Below, piece after piece: positions 21,662 through 30,412 of a DNA stretch of 64,000 nt. Numbering within the stretch: position 1 is the first letter of the stretch; each line of letters opens with the position of its first letter. Made by a program: the position numbers and the translations under genes. Source of the stretch: an uncultured Verrucomicrobiae bacterium (GTDB lineage: Bacteria; Verrucomicrobiota; Verrucomicrobiia; Chthoniobacterales; JAATET01); assembly GCA_963719495.1 (NCBI GenBank), contig CAVRCI010000002.1, positions 736,001 to 800,000 on the forward strand, in the 5' to 3' direction. The notes beneath the pieces are model-generated. The model had not been told where the DNA came from. It worked only from the letters and a program-made list of their open reading frames with translations, and did no database searches.

Positions 21662-22873
21662 TCATTGGAGCGGCTGGGGAAATTGTTTTCGAGAAGATCG
21701 ACTTTGGCGTCCCTGGCGTTTTTTCGGGGTTTTCATGTTGCCAGGTTTTTCCTTGGCCAAGCCTGGTTTGGACGAGATTTGTTCTTCCGCGTTGCGGCTC
21801 TGGCTTTGAAGTTTTTGGGACTCGGGAAAGTTCGTGTAGGAACGCCCCTGGGTCAAGAGGCTGCAGGTGATGCGGGCCATCCGGCGGGCGGTGGCTAGGA
21901 TGGCGGTGTTGGCTTTCTTGCCGTGAGCGCGTTTGTTTTTGTAGTAGTCGCCGAAGTAGGGCGAGCAGCCAACAGCCACCCAGGCGGCCTCGACGAAGGC
22001 CCAACGCAGCCATTTGTTGCATTGGGGCAGCAGGCGTCCGTGGTAGGTCTTGCCGCCGCTGCTGCTCGTCGCCGGGCAGAGTCCCGCGTAGCCGCAGAGC
22101 TTCTGCGCGGAGGCAAAGCGAGAGATGTCGTCGATCTCGGCGACGACAACCGCGGCCAGGATGGGTCCCATCCCGGGGAGACTGCAGACGTGGGTGAGCT
22201 CGGGGCTTTGGCTCATGAGATCTTTGAGCGCTGCCTCGTCCTGCCGGATGCGAGCGACCAACTCGTTGTGGAGGGCGAGTTGCTGGGTCAGGAGCATGCC
22301 TGCTGGTTCGGCCAACTCGAGCTTCTCCAAGAACCCCAGCCCCTTCTTGCCGAAGAGATCGCTACAGACAGGAAGTTTGAGTTCGTGCTGGCCGCCGAGT
22401 AACCGGTGGATGCGGTTGCGCAGCATCGTGCGTTGGCGCACGAAGAAACAGCGCTGGCGCAGCACGTTCTTGATGTCGCGGGTCTCGCGACTGGGGATGT
22501 GGACGCTCGAAATCAAATTGGCCCGCAACAGATTGGCCAACGCTCGGGCGTCGATCTTATCGGTCTTGATTTGGGCCTCGGCGATGATCCGCGTCTTAAA
22601 CGGGTTGGCCAACACGATGTTCTCGGCGGGCATCACCTGCTCGAGAATCTCGTAGAGCCAGTGCCAGTTCATGCTCGCTTCGAAGACGATCCGGCACCCC
22701 GGCCACCGCTCGACGAGCCGCCCAAAATCTCCGCTGATCGCGTGCTCGATGCGCCCTTGGCCGAGCACCTCGCCGTGGCCATCAACCACGCAATAGACGC
22801 TGTATCGCTTGTGATAATCGATGCCAATGAAGCTCGATTCCGTCGGTAGGCTTTTTGGTTGGGTTTTCATCAC
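21662..22873 (-). CDS. IS110-family DEDD recombinase/transposase
   Basis: FIGIDYHK, VFEAS, KTDKIDA, LPGMG, YAGLCP..SSSGG. Confidence 0.95.
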   Translation of the reverse strand: MMKTQPKSLPTESSFIGIDYHKRYSVYCVVDGHGEVLGQGRIEHAISGDFGRLVERWPGCRIVFEASMNWHWLYEILEQVMPAENIVLANPFKTRIIAEAQIKTDKIDARALANLLRANLISSVHIPSRETRDIKNVLRQRCFFVRQRTMLRNRIHRLLGGQHELKLPVCSDLFGKKGLGFLEKLELAEPAGMLLTQQLALHNELVARIRQDEAALKDLMSQSPELTHVCSLPGMGPILAAVVVAEIDDISRFASAQKLCGYAGLCPATSSSGGKTYHGRLLPQCNKWLRWAFVEAAWVAVGCSPYFGDYYKNKRAHGKKANTAILATARRMARITCSLLTQGRSYTNFPESQKLQSQSRNAEEQISSKPGLAKEKPGNMKTPKKRQGRQSRSSRKQFPQPLQ

Positions 22874-23002
22874 CCCAACCTACACCATTCATTTCATCAG
22901 GCTCTCCGGGCCCCACTTCCCAGCAACGCTCTATTCATCAGCCTTTCATGCCGCCTGACCCCTTCGAGACCCCTTCGAGACCCCTTCGACGGGCCCTTCG
23001 AC

Positions 23003-23178
23003 AGGAAATGCTCTGCCACGCCTCGCTTCTCACCACGCAGGTTCACACCCGCGTCGTCCCCTCCGATCTCCAGCGCGTCCACAAGTTCACCGCCCCCAGC
23101 GAACGCCGTGGCGTAATCGACGTCCCCACCTTCGAACTCCACGCCTGGCGTGATCGCAAGAACCGTCACCGCTCCTGA
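23003..23178 (+). pseudogene. C-terminal remnant of a XerC/D-like tyrosine recombinase
   Basis: QEMLCHASLLTTQVHTRV..DLQRVH matches QELLGHxSxxTTQxYT with G to C and catalytic Y to H. Confidence 0.75.
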
Positions 23179-23215
23179 TCCGGTCTCGCTCCAACTCCTT
23201 CCCAGCCGTAATCTC

Positions 23216-23698
23216 ATGCCCGTGCGCACGCTCCCGCTCTACCTCGACACCTCCGTCATCGGCGGCTACTTCGACGACGAGTTCGAGGAGGCTACCCGCG
23301 AACTCTGGCGGCAGAAAAAAGCCGGGCGCTTCCGGTTTACGACCTCGGCGGTGACCCGGCAGGAAATCGAGGAAGCTCCGGCCGACGTGCGCGAGTTGAT
23401 GGAAGAGACGTTCCCCGACGCCGATCTCCTTCCGCTCACCGCCGAGGCCATCGAGCTGGCCCGCGCCTACCTCGACGCCGCGGTCGTCCCGGAAACCTAC
23501 GCCGACGACGCCCGGCATGTCGCCATCGCGGTCGTTCACGAACTCCATCTGCTCGTTAGCTGGAACTTCCGTCACATGGTCAACGTCCGCCGATCGGATG
23601 CGTTCAACGCCGTGAACCTCTTGCAGGGTTACCCCCCAATCCGTATCGTTAGTCCGTTGGAACTCATCTATGACGACGAAGAAGAACAAACGCTTTGA
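23216..23698 (+). CDS. PIN-domain protein (putative toxin)
   Basis: LYLDTSVIGGYFDDEF, DDARHVAIA, LVSWNFRHMVN. Confidence 0.88.
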   Translation: MPVRTLPLYLDTSVIGGYFDDEFEEATRELWRQKKAGRFRFTTSAVTRQEIEEAPADVRELMEETFPDADLLPLTAEAIELARAYLDAAVVPETYADDARHVAIAVVHELHLLVSWNFRHMVNVRRSDAFNAVNLLQGYPPIRIVSPLELIYDDEEEQTL

Positions 23699-23840
23699 TG
23701 CTGTCGCCGAATCCCGCAAATGGCGGATCAAAACCGGCGCGATTTTGGCGACCATGACCCCCGAAGAACAGATGGCGTTCCTCAACCGGCGCATCCCCAA
23801 GAACCAAGCCAGGAAACGCCTCGCTTCTGCTTCTTCCTAG
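23670..23840 (+). CDS. 56-aa protein overlapping the PIN gene, putative antitoxin (not in the ORF track)
   Basis: Manual translation MTTKKNKRFDAVAESRKWRIKTGAILATMTPEEQMAFLNRRIPKNQARKRLASASS. Confidence 0.65.
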   Translation: MTTKKNKRFDAVAESRKWRIKTGAILATMTPEEQMAFLNRRIPKNQARKRLASASS

Positions 23841-24053
23841 CCGTTCCTCACTGTTATGAGCACGTTGGCCGCCCTTCGAGAACACTCGGGGCAAGCCGTC
23901 GATTGTTTTGCTCCCCCCTACGCATTAAACCTTGTCCCCATTGACATCACTTTCGAGAAGGTCGACGACAACGAGGAGCTTAGCGATAACAAGAAGCCCG
24001 TCGAATGGGATCAGGCGGGCGTGCCAACTAAGTGGGAATGGATGCCGGGCCGC

Positions 24054-24114
24054 GGCCAGTCGGAGGGGTCAGTCCGGGCCAGTCGGAGGGGTCAGTCCGT
24101 GCATTGGTTCAGAA
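24054..24114 (-). repeat. REP-like motif (reverse) preceded by a 23-bp tandem duplication
   Basis: GGCCAGTCGGAGGGGTCAGTCCG twice, then TGCATTGGTTCAGAA. Confidence 0.8.
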
Positions 24115-24298
24115 CCCCCCTCCTCACGCACGCTCGCTAACAGCAAGTGCCCCCCGAAATCCCAGCCGGTCCGCCGCGTTCGACCATGACATCACACAAC
24201 AGCGGCACCGTATAGCCGTGCCTGATGCGGCCCCTCCCTAAAGGGACCCTCCGCGGCACCGCTCGCCAGAGCGCTGGGTCGGGAAGGTCTCGCGCTAG

Positions 24299-25510
24299 TA
24301 TACTGTAACGCGCTATCTTGCGTATTGAGTCGCGCTCATCGGAGCGGTATGTGGGTGGATGGCAAATCGATATCGCATCACTTTAACCGAGTCCGAACGT
24401 GAGTATTTGAGCGCGCTGGGCCGGACTTCCAAAACCGACGCCAAGCGATGTGTGCATGCTCGAACGCTTTTACTTTGCGACGTTGGCGAGCACGCGCCAG
24501 GTAGAACAGTGTGGAGGGTGGCGGATGTCGCCAGTGCTCTGGGGATCGGCGTTCGCACCGTCGAACACATCAAGGAGCGCTTCGTGGAGGATGGGTTGGA
24601 GGCAGCGCTTGGACGCAAGCCGAGAACCGGTCCTCCGAGGATTACCTTCGATGGAGCCTTTGACGCGAGGGTGACCGCCTTGGCGTGCTCCGATCCTCCC
24701 GATGGACGCGCCCGGTGGACCGTCCGTCTTCTCGCCGACAAAGTCGTGGAACTCAAGATTGCCCCCAGCGTTTCGACGATGACCATTCAGCGGTCTCTAA
24801 AAAAAACGAATTACGCCCTCATCTGAGCAAATATTGGAAGATCCCTCCAGACGGCAGCGCCGCTTTCGTTGCTTGCATGGAGGACGTTCTCGAACTCTAT
24901 CACGCACCCTACGATGCGCTCTTCCCCCTCGTCTGTATGGATGAGTCGAGCAAGCAACTCGTTGGCGAAGTCCACGCGCCCATCGCCAGCGCTCCCGGCA
25001 GGGCGCGGATCGAAGACCACGAATACGTCCGCAACGGCGTGGCCGAAATTTTCCTCGAAGTCGAGCCGCTGGGCGGACGCAGACATCTGGAAATCACCGA
25101 ACGCCGCACCCGCATCCAATGGGCTCAGTTCATTCGCAGCATGCTCGACGAACGCTATCCCCACGCGACCAAGGTGCGCTTGGTCATGGACAACCTCAAT
25201 ACGCACAACATCGCTTCGCTCTACGAAGCCTTCCCTCCCCAGGAAGCTCGCCGACTGGCCCAACGCCTTGAGATCCACTACACCCCAAAACATGGCAGTT
25301 GGCTCAATGTCGCCGAGATCGAGTTCAGTGTCCTTCAGTCCCAATGCCTGAATCGTCGCATTCCTAACATTGAAACGCTGCGCTCGGAAGTCGCGGCTTG
25401 GGAGGCCGCCCGGAACGAAGCCGCCCGCACCACTTCGTGGCGCTTCACCACCGCCGACGCGCGGGTCAAATTGAGACGGTTATATCCGCAGCTTTAGTCG
25501 TTACAGGATA
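24299..25510 (+). mobile_element. IS630-family element
   Basis: Ends TATACTGTAACG / CGTTACAGGATA, flanked by CTAG at 24295 and 25511. Confidence 0.9.
24359..25497 (+). CDS. IS630 transposase, OrfA/OrfB joined by a probable -1 frameshift
   Basis: HTH ORF 24359-24826; DDE ORF (CMDE, VMDNLNTH, HGSWLNVAEIE); A8 run at about 24799-24806. Confidence 0.9.
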
Positions 25511-26105
25511 CTAGCAGCCTGTCGGACTTAGAGGGACGACAAAAGGAGAGGAAGCTGTCAGCTTGGGGAAATGGCAGTGCGATACGTCAACGTCGATCAT
25601 GAAACCCCGTTACTTTTGCCGCCGAACCTTCGGGACTGGGTTCCGGCGGGCCACATGGTTCATTTTGTGATGGACGCGGTGGGAGCGTTGGACCTTGGAG
25701 CCGCGAAGAAGAACGAACGAGGGACGGGGTCGGCGCAGTATCCGCCGTCGATGATGCTTGGGTTGCTGATTTACAGCTATGCCACGGGGACTTTCGGCAG
25801 TCGGCGCATAGAGACACTCACGCATGAGAACGTGGCCGTTCGCTACCTGTGTGCCGAACACCATCCCGACCACGACTCGATTTGCAAGTTTCGGCGCGAG
25901 AACGCGGAGTTGCTGAGCAGCAGCTTTCACCAAGTGCTCGAGCTGGCAGCCGGGTCCGGAGTCCTGAAGGTGGGAGAGCTGAGCGTCTCGCTCGACGGCA
26001 CCAAACTTCTGGCCAAAGCCGAAGAGGCCGACAGCACCCCACCGGCCGACGGGTTGGAGATCCCGCAGGAAATCAAGCTCCGAGATGACCGATTGGCCAA
26101 GCTCC

Positions 26106-28011
26106 CAGGGCATTTGGCTTGAAGCGCGAGGAAGCTGATAGGTAGGGGAAAAGAGAAATGGCTAGACAAAAGCGCGTCGAAAAGCTGAACTACGGTGGTG
26201 AAAAAGCAGGAGACCAGGAAAGGCGAGGGCATTGAAAGCAAGGCAACGCGATTGGAAGTGAAGGTAGCGCATTCGGCGGGGGACTGGCGCCGAGCGAAAG
26301 AGGCCCTTGGGCGAGAGCATGGGTTGGGAGCTGGGAGCGAGGCGGGAGACCGGCTCTGTCAGTTGGTAATGGAGGAAGGGAAGCTTGCCGGGGTAATGGT
26401 GTGGTGTGCGGCGGCGTGGCATTTGAAGGATCGGGACGAAGCGGTGGGATGGGATGCGGTGACGCGCTCGGAGCGGCTCAAGCTGGTGGTGCAGCTGCGA
26501 CGCTTTCTGGTTTTGGAAGAGGCACGACGGCCGAACCTGGCCAGCCAATGTCTTGGGGCCGGGATGCGGGAACTGGTGGAGCAATGGGAAAAGGCCCACG
26601 GATACCGACCACTTCTGGCCGAAAGCTTCAGCGATCCAGAAAGCCATGCGGGAACGGTTTACAAAGCGACGAACTGGACGCAGGCGGGAACGACGAAGGG
26701 GTTTTCGCAAGACCACACCGACTACTACATCCCCAACGGGAGGCCCAAGAAGCTGTGGCTCAAAGAGCTCGCGCCCAAGGCCTGCGAGTTGATGAGCGCG
26801 CGCGAGTTGCCCGAAGCCAGCAAGGGGGCCTTGGTCGGACGCGGGGGAGCCCGCAGTCCGCTCAAGAACGCCGGACTCAAAAGCCTGCGCGACGCCTTGA
26901 GGGAGGTGCCCGATCCGCGTCACCCCAAAAGCCGCCGCCACCCCCTATCGGCGATGTTGACCCTGATCTCGCTGGGGTTGCTCATGGGAGCGCGCGACGT
27001 GCTCGATATCTGGAGGAAAGTGGCCTGCCTTTCCCAGAGCCAAAGAGAGGTGATCGGCCTGCGGGTGCGCGACAAGCAAAGTAAGCGGCTCAAGATGCCC
27101 GGCTACGATGCGCTCAACGACCTGCTGGCCGCCGTGGAACCCCACGCCTACGCCCATGCGCTGACGGCCTGGTTGCAAGCCAACGCGGGAGTGCTGCCCC
27201 GCAGCCTGGCCCTGGATGGCAAAAGCGTGGGCGATGGACGCTGCGGCATGATCGTGACCCTTTGCCGTCATGAAGACGGGCGTCCGGTGGCCATGATCCC
27301 GGCCAGCGGAAAAAAAGAAGACTGCGAAGTCTCCGAAGCCCGCGCCCTGCTCTCCAATCCCGGGGTGGAACTGGTCAACGCGCTGGTCACGGCCGACCCG
27401 CTTCACAACAAAGAGGCCACCGCGCGAGTCATCCTGGAAAAGGGAGGCGACTACCTCATCGGCACAAAAGCAAATACCTCCAAACGATTGGAGGCAGCCA
27501 CCCGCGCCCTGGAGGGCTCCCCTTTTTTGACCTGAGCTGCGAAGGCGATCACGGGCGCATCGACTCCCGCAAAGCCGCCGTCCAACCCATCTCCCCAGTC
27601 TCCGCCGGGCTGCCCGGTGCCCGCTCCGCCATCACCGTGCAGCGCGACTGGCAGGAAAAGAAAGACCCCCACCAAACGCCCAAGAGCCATACCCGTATCT
27701 TCCTTTCCAGCCTGAAACCGGAAGAAAAATCCCGTTCCACCCGCGCCGTTCGCGAGCACTGGAGCATCGAGAACCGCAATCACCACAAACGCGACGCCTC
27801 CGCCTGGCAAGAAGATCGGCACCGACATCGCAGACCAAAAGCTGCCCTCAACCTCGCCCTCACCCGCAACGTCCTGCTCGCCCTCATTCCCTTTGAGCAC
27901 GGGCAACCCCTCGCTCACTTCTTCGAACTCTACCACCGACACCCAGCAAAAGCTCTCAACCTTATCCTTCACGCTCGCCCCGCCCTATGACCCTTCCAGC
28001 CAAACGCCCTG
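26106..28011 (+). mobile_element. ISAs1-family element nested in IS1182
   Basis: IRs CAGGGCATTTGGCT / AGCCAAACGCCCTG; 10-bp DR GCCAAGCTCC (26096-26105, 28012-28021). Confidence 0.92.
26195..27990 (+). CDS. DUF4338-fused ISAs1 transposase with a -1 frameshift at CCCCTTTTTT (about 27519-27528)
   Basis: N-terminal RRFLVL…PNLASQCL…PLLAESF; VPDPR, LALDGK, VTADPLH; the -1 frame continues DHGRIDSR and VREHWSIENRNH. Confidence 0.85.
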
Positions 28012-28974
28012 GCCAAGCTCCAAGAAGCCAAGACCGCCTTGGAAGCCCGGGCCAAAGTCCGCTTCGAGCAGGAAAGCGCGGCCCACGCCGAAAAGCTCGC
28101 CGCCCGCGCTCAAAAGCATCAAAGCACCGGGCGCATGGCCCGGGGCAAGGAGCCCGCGCTGCCCATCGAAGGCCCTGGACCCAAGGACCAGTATAATTTT
28201 ACCGACCCCGAGAGCCGAATCATGAAGGACAAAGGCAGCTTCGCGCAGTGCTACAATGCGCAGGCCGCCGTGGAGGTCGAAACCATGCTCATCGTCGGCG
28301 CACACCTCACCGACGCACCCAACGACAAGCAACAACTCCAACCCGGGCTCGAGTCAGTGAGTCCGGCCGTGGGCAGCGTGGCCCGCGTGCTCGTTGACAG
28401 CGGCTACTACAGCCAGGAAGCGGTCGCAGCCGCGGAAAGCCGGGACGGGAACCCGAAAGTTTACGCCGCACAAAAACGTCAGCCGCACGGGCGCAGCGTC
28501 GCCGATCTGGAGCAACGAGAAGACCCTCCCGCGCCGCCGCCCGACGCGACGTCGGCCGAAATCATGGCCCACCGACTGGCCACCGCATCGGGCCGCAACC
28601 TTTACGCCCTGCGTAAACAGACCGTCGAACCAGTCTTTAGCATCATCAAAGAGGCCATGGGATTCCGGCGATTGCTATTGCGTGGCCAAGAGAAAGCCGC
28701 ACTGGAATGGTCGCTTGTGACCACCGCCTACAACCTCAGACGCCTCTTCGGACTCGGAATGAAGGTCGCAAGAGCGTAAAGAGTCCGCCATCACGCCACC
28801 ATCCGTGCTGGCAGAGAGTCCAAAACGCTCTTCACCGGGTTCCCTCGCTCCAATCCCATCTTTTTCGTCATCGCCGCCGGCCAATCCAACCTCGTTTCAA
28901 GAAACTTCCACGCCAACGCTCTGGCTCCAAGTCCGACAGGCTGCTAGGCCGCAATACATCGAAGGGTCAGATCA

Positions 28975-29152
28975 AAACGCCACTGTTTTGCGGGTTTTCG
29001 GCAGGAATGTGCAAGATTCCATTCGCTTTGAACTCCGGCCCTTTCGAGGAATACCCTCCGTGCATGCTGCTCTGGATGCTCTGACTCATGATCTCGAACC
29101 TTGCTCAACAGAGTAAAAAACTGCCAACGGTGTGCTTAAAGCAGTGCCATTC
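28975..29152. mobile_element. MITE with IS4-type ends (left end degenerate)
   Basis: Right end GCTTAAAGCAGTGCCATTC; left end AAACGCCACTGTTTT; flanks GGGTCAGATCA / GGGTCAGGTCA. Confidence 0.7.
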
Positions 29153-29617
29153 GGGTCAGGTCATTCCTTTGACACATCGGTTGGACAAACGGGTCTGGAA
29201 CAGGGTTTTCGGAAGGGTCGCCCGATGTGCCATTGTGATTTGCCAATCCCGTTTCCTTTTCCTCGCGGGCCGGATTCACGGGATTGGAAGGATTGAGTTC
29301 CTGTTTTTTCTGGATGAATGCCCGTTCTCCCAAGGGGTAAGGGAGTCATTTCCCTGACTTCCTCATCATCCTGTCAATCCCGTAAATCCTGTCTCGAATT
29401 CCTCTCGAGATTAAAGGGTTGGGGAAGCGCGCTGGGCGCTCCGTGGTAGCGGCTCGGTGCGTTCGGATGACGATCGGACTCGTGTGAGTGACTGCGGGGT
29501 CTATCGCGGAGTATCGTGGGTTTTCCTGTTGCTGGACGGAACTGGTGACCGGAAGTGGGCACCCGGCGGCGCGGCTGCCCTACCCTGGACGGGGTGCGGC
29601 TTCGCCGCTGAATTTTT

Positions 29618-30412
29618 TTACTCGGTCGTTTGGAGGAGGAAGGCCCGGTCGGCTGCTTCGATGGGGTCACTGATGGGGATCGCGGGGGCGATGGGGTCGG
29701 CTGCTGGGGCGGGGATCGACTGTTCGAGCGTGCTGGGTTGCTCGTCGGCTAAGTCTTCCTGACGCGGTGCCTCGCTCGGGAGAATGGTGATGGGGGCGTC
29801 GAGGGTGGGGGTCAGGGGGTTGTTCGCGGGAGTCGGGCTGACGTTGGCGGCGAGCGGGAGGCCGCGGACTTCGAATTCGGTGCGGGTGGTCTCGGCGAGG
29901 ACTTCTTCGGCGGATTTGAGGGGCTCGGTGGCGGCGGGCGGCGGCTGGGGTTTATCCTGATCCTCGCGCAGGCGGATGACGTTGATGGTGAGGGCGTAGA
30001 TGAAGACGCCGAGGGCGACGAGGACGACGAGGACCGCAACGCCGATGAGCGTGGGCAGGAGCGGGCTTCGCTTGGGGCGGTTGACGATGTTGGGGCGGAG
30101 GGGGGGGAGATCGCTTTCGGCGTAGCGGGTGTAGGCGTAGCCTTCGACGGCGACCTGGCCGCTGTCGGGGAGGAGTTCGCGCACTTTTTTCAGGGGAACG
30201 CCGAGGTATTTGGCGTAGGCGATGATGAACATGCGCGCGTAGCTGGGGTTGCTGAAGGAGGAGAGGTCGTCGTTCTCCATGTCGCGGATGCGCTGGGCGC
30301 GCATGCGGGTTTCCTTGGCGGCCTTTTCAACGGGAATGCCTTTGCTTTCGCGCTCGCTGGAGAGGAGGACGCCGATGGAGAGGGCGAGTTGGCCGGTGGT
30401 GTCGCTTTTCAT
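29618..30412 (-). CDS. RodZ-like XRE helix-turn-helix membrane protein
   Basis: ERESKGIPVEKAAKETRM…YARMFIIAYAKYLG, one TM segment; start overlaps the ftsK stop. Confidence 0.8.
   Translation of the reverse strand: MKSDTTGQLALSIGVLLSSERESKGIPVEKAAKETRMRAQRIRDMENDDLSSFSNPSYARMFIIAYAKYLGVPLKKVRELLPDSGQVAVEGYAYTRYAESDLPPLRPNIVNRPKRSPLLPTLIGVAVLVVLVALGVFIYALTINVIRLREDQDKPQPPPAATEPLKSAEEVLAETTRTEFEVRGLPLAANVSPTPANNPLTPTLDAPITILPSEAPRQEDLADEQPSTLEQSIPAPAADPIAPAIPISDPIEAADRAFLLQTTE

Larger units (their letters stand above)
21361..22956 (-). mobile_element. IS110/IS1111-family element with CT core at both ends
   Basis: Removing the element and one CT restores AATGAACGGA-CT-GACCCC, the REP-like motif; short upstream and about 300-bp downstream non-coding ends. 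Confidence 0.88.
25515..28943 (+). mobile_element. IS1182-family element, interrupted by ISAs1 and probably internally deleted
   Basis: TIRs CAGCCTGTCGGACTT / AAGTCCGACAGGCTG; CTAG DR; transposase halves 25571-26105 (LLPPNLRDW, LDGTK) and 28012-28779 (TDPESRIM, YNAQAAV, RKQTVEPVF). Confidence 0.9.

Noticed and set aside
23003..24114. Integron with attC cassettes
   Set aside because: The recombinase is a short catalytically dead remnant and no attC-like sites were recognised
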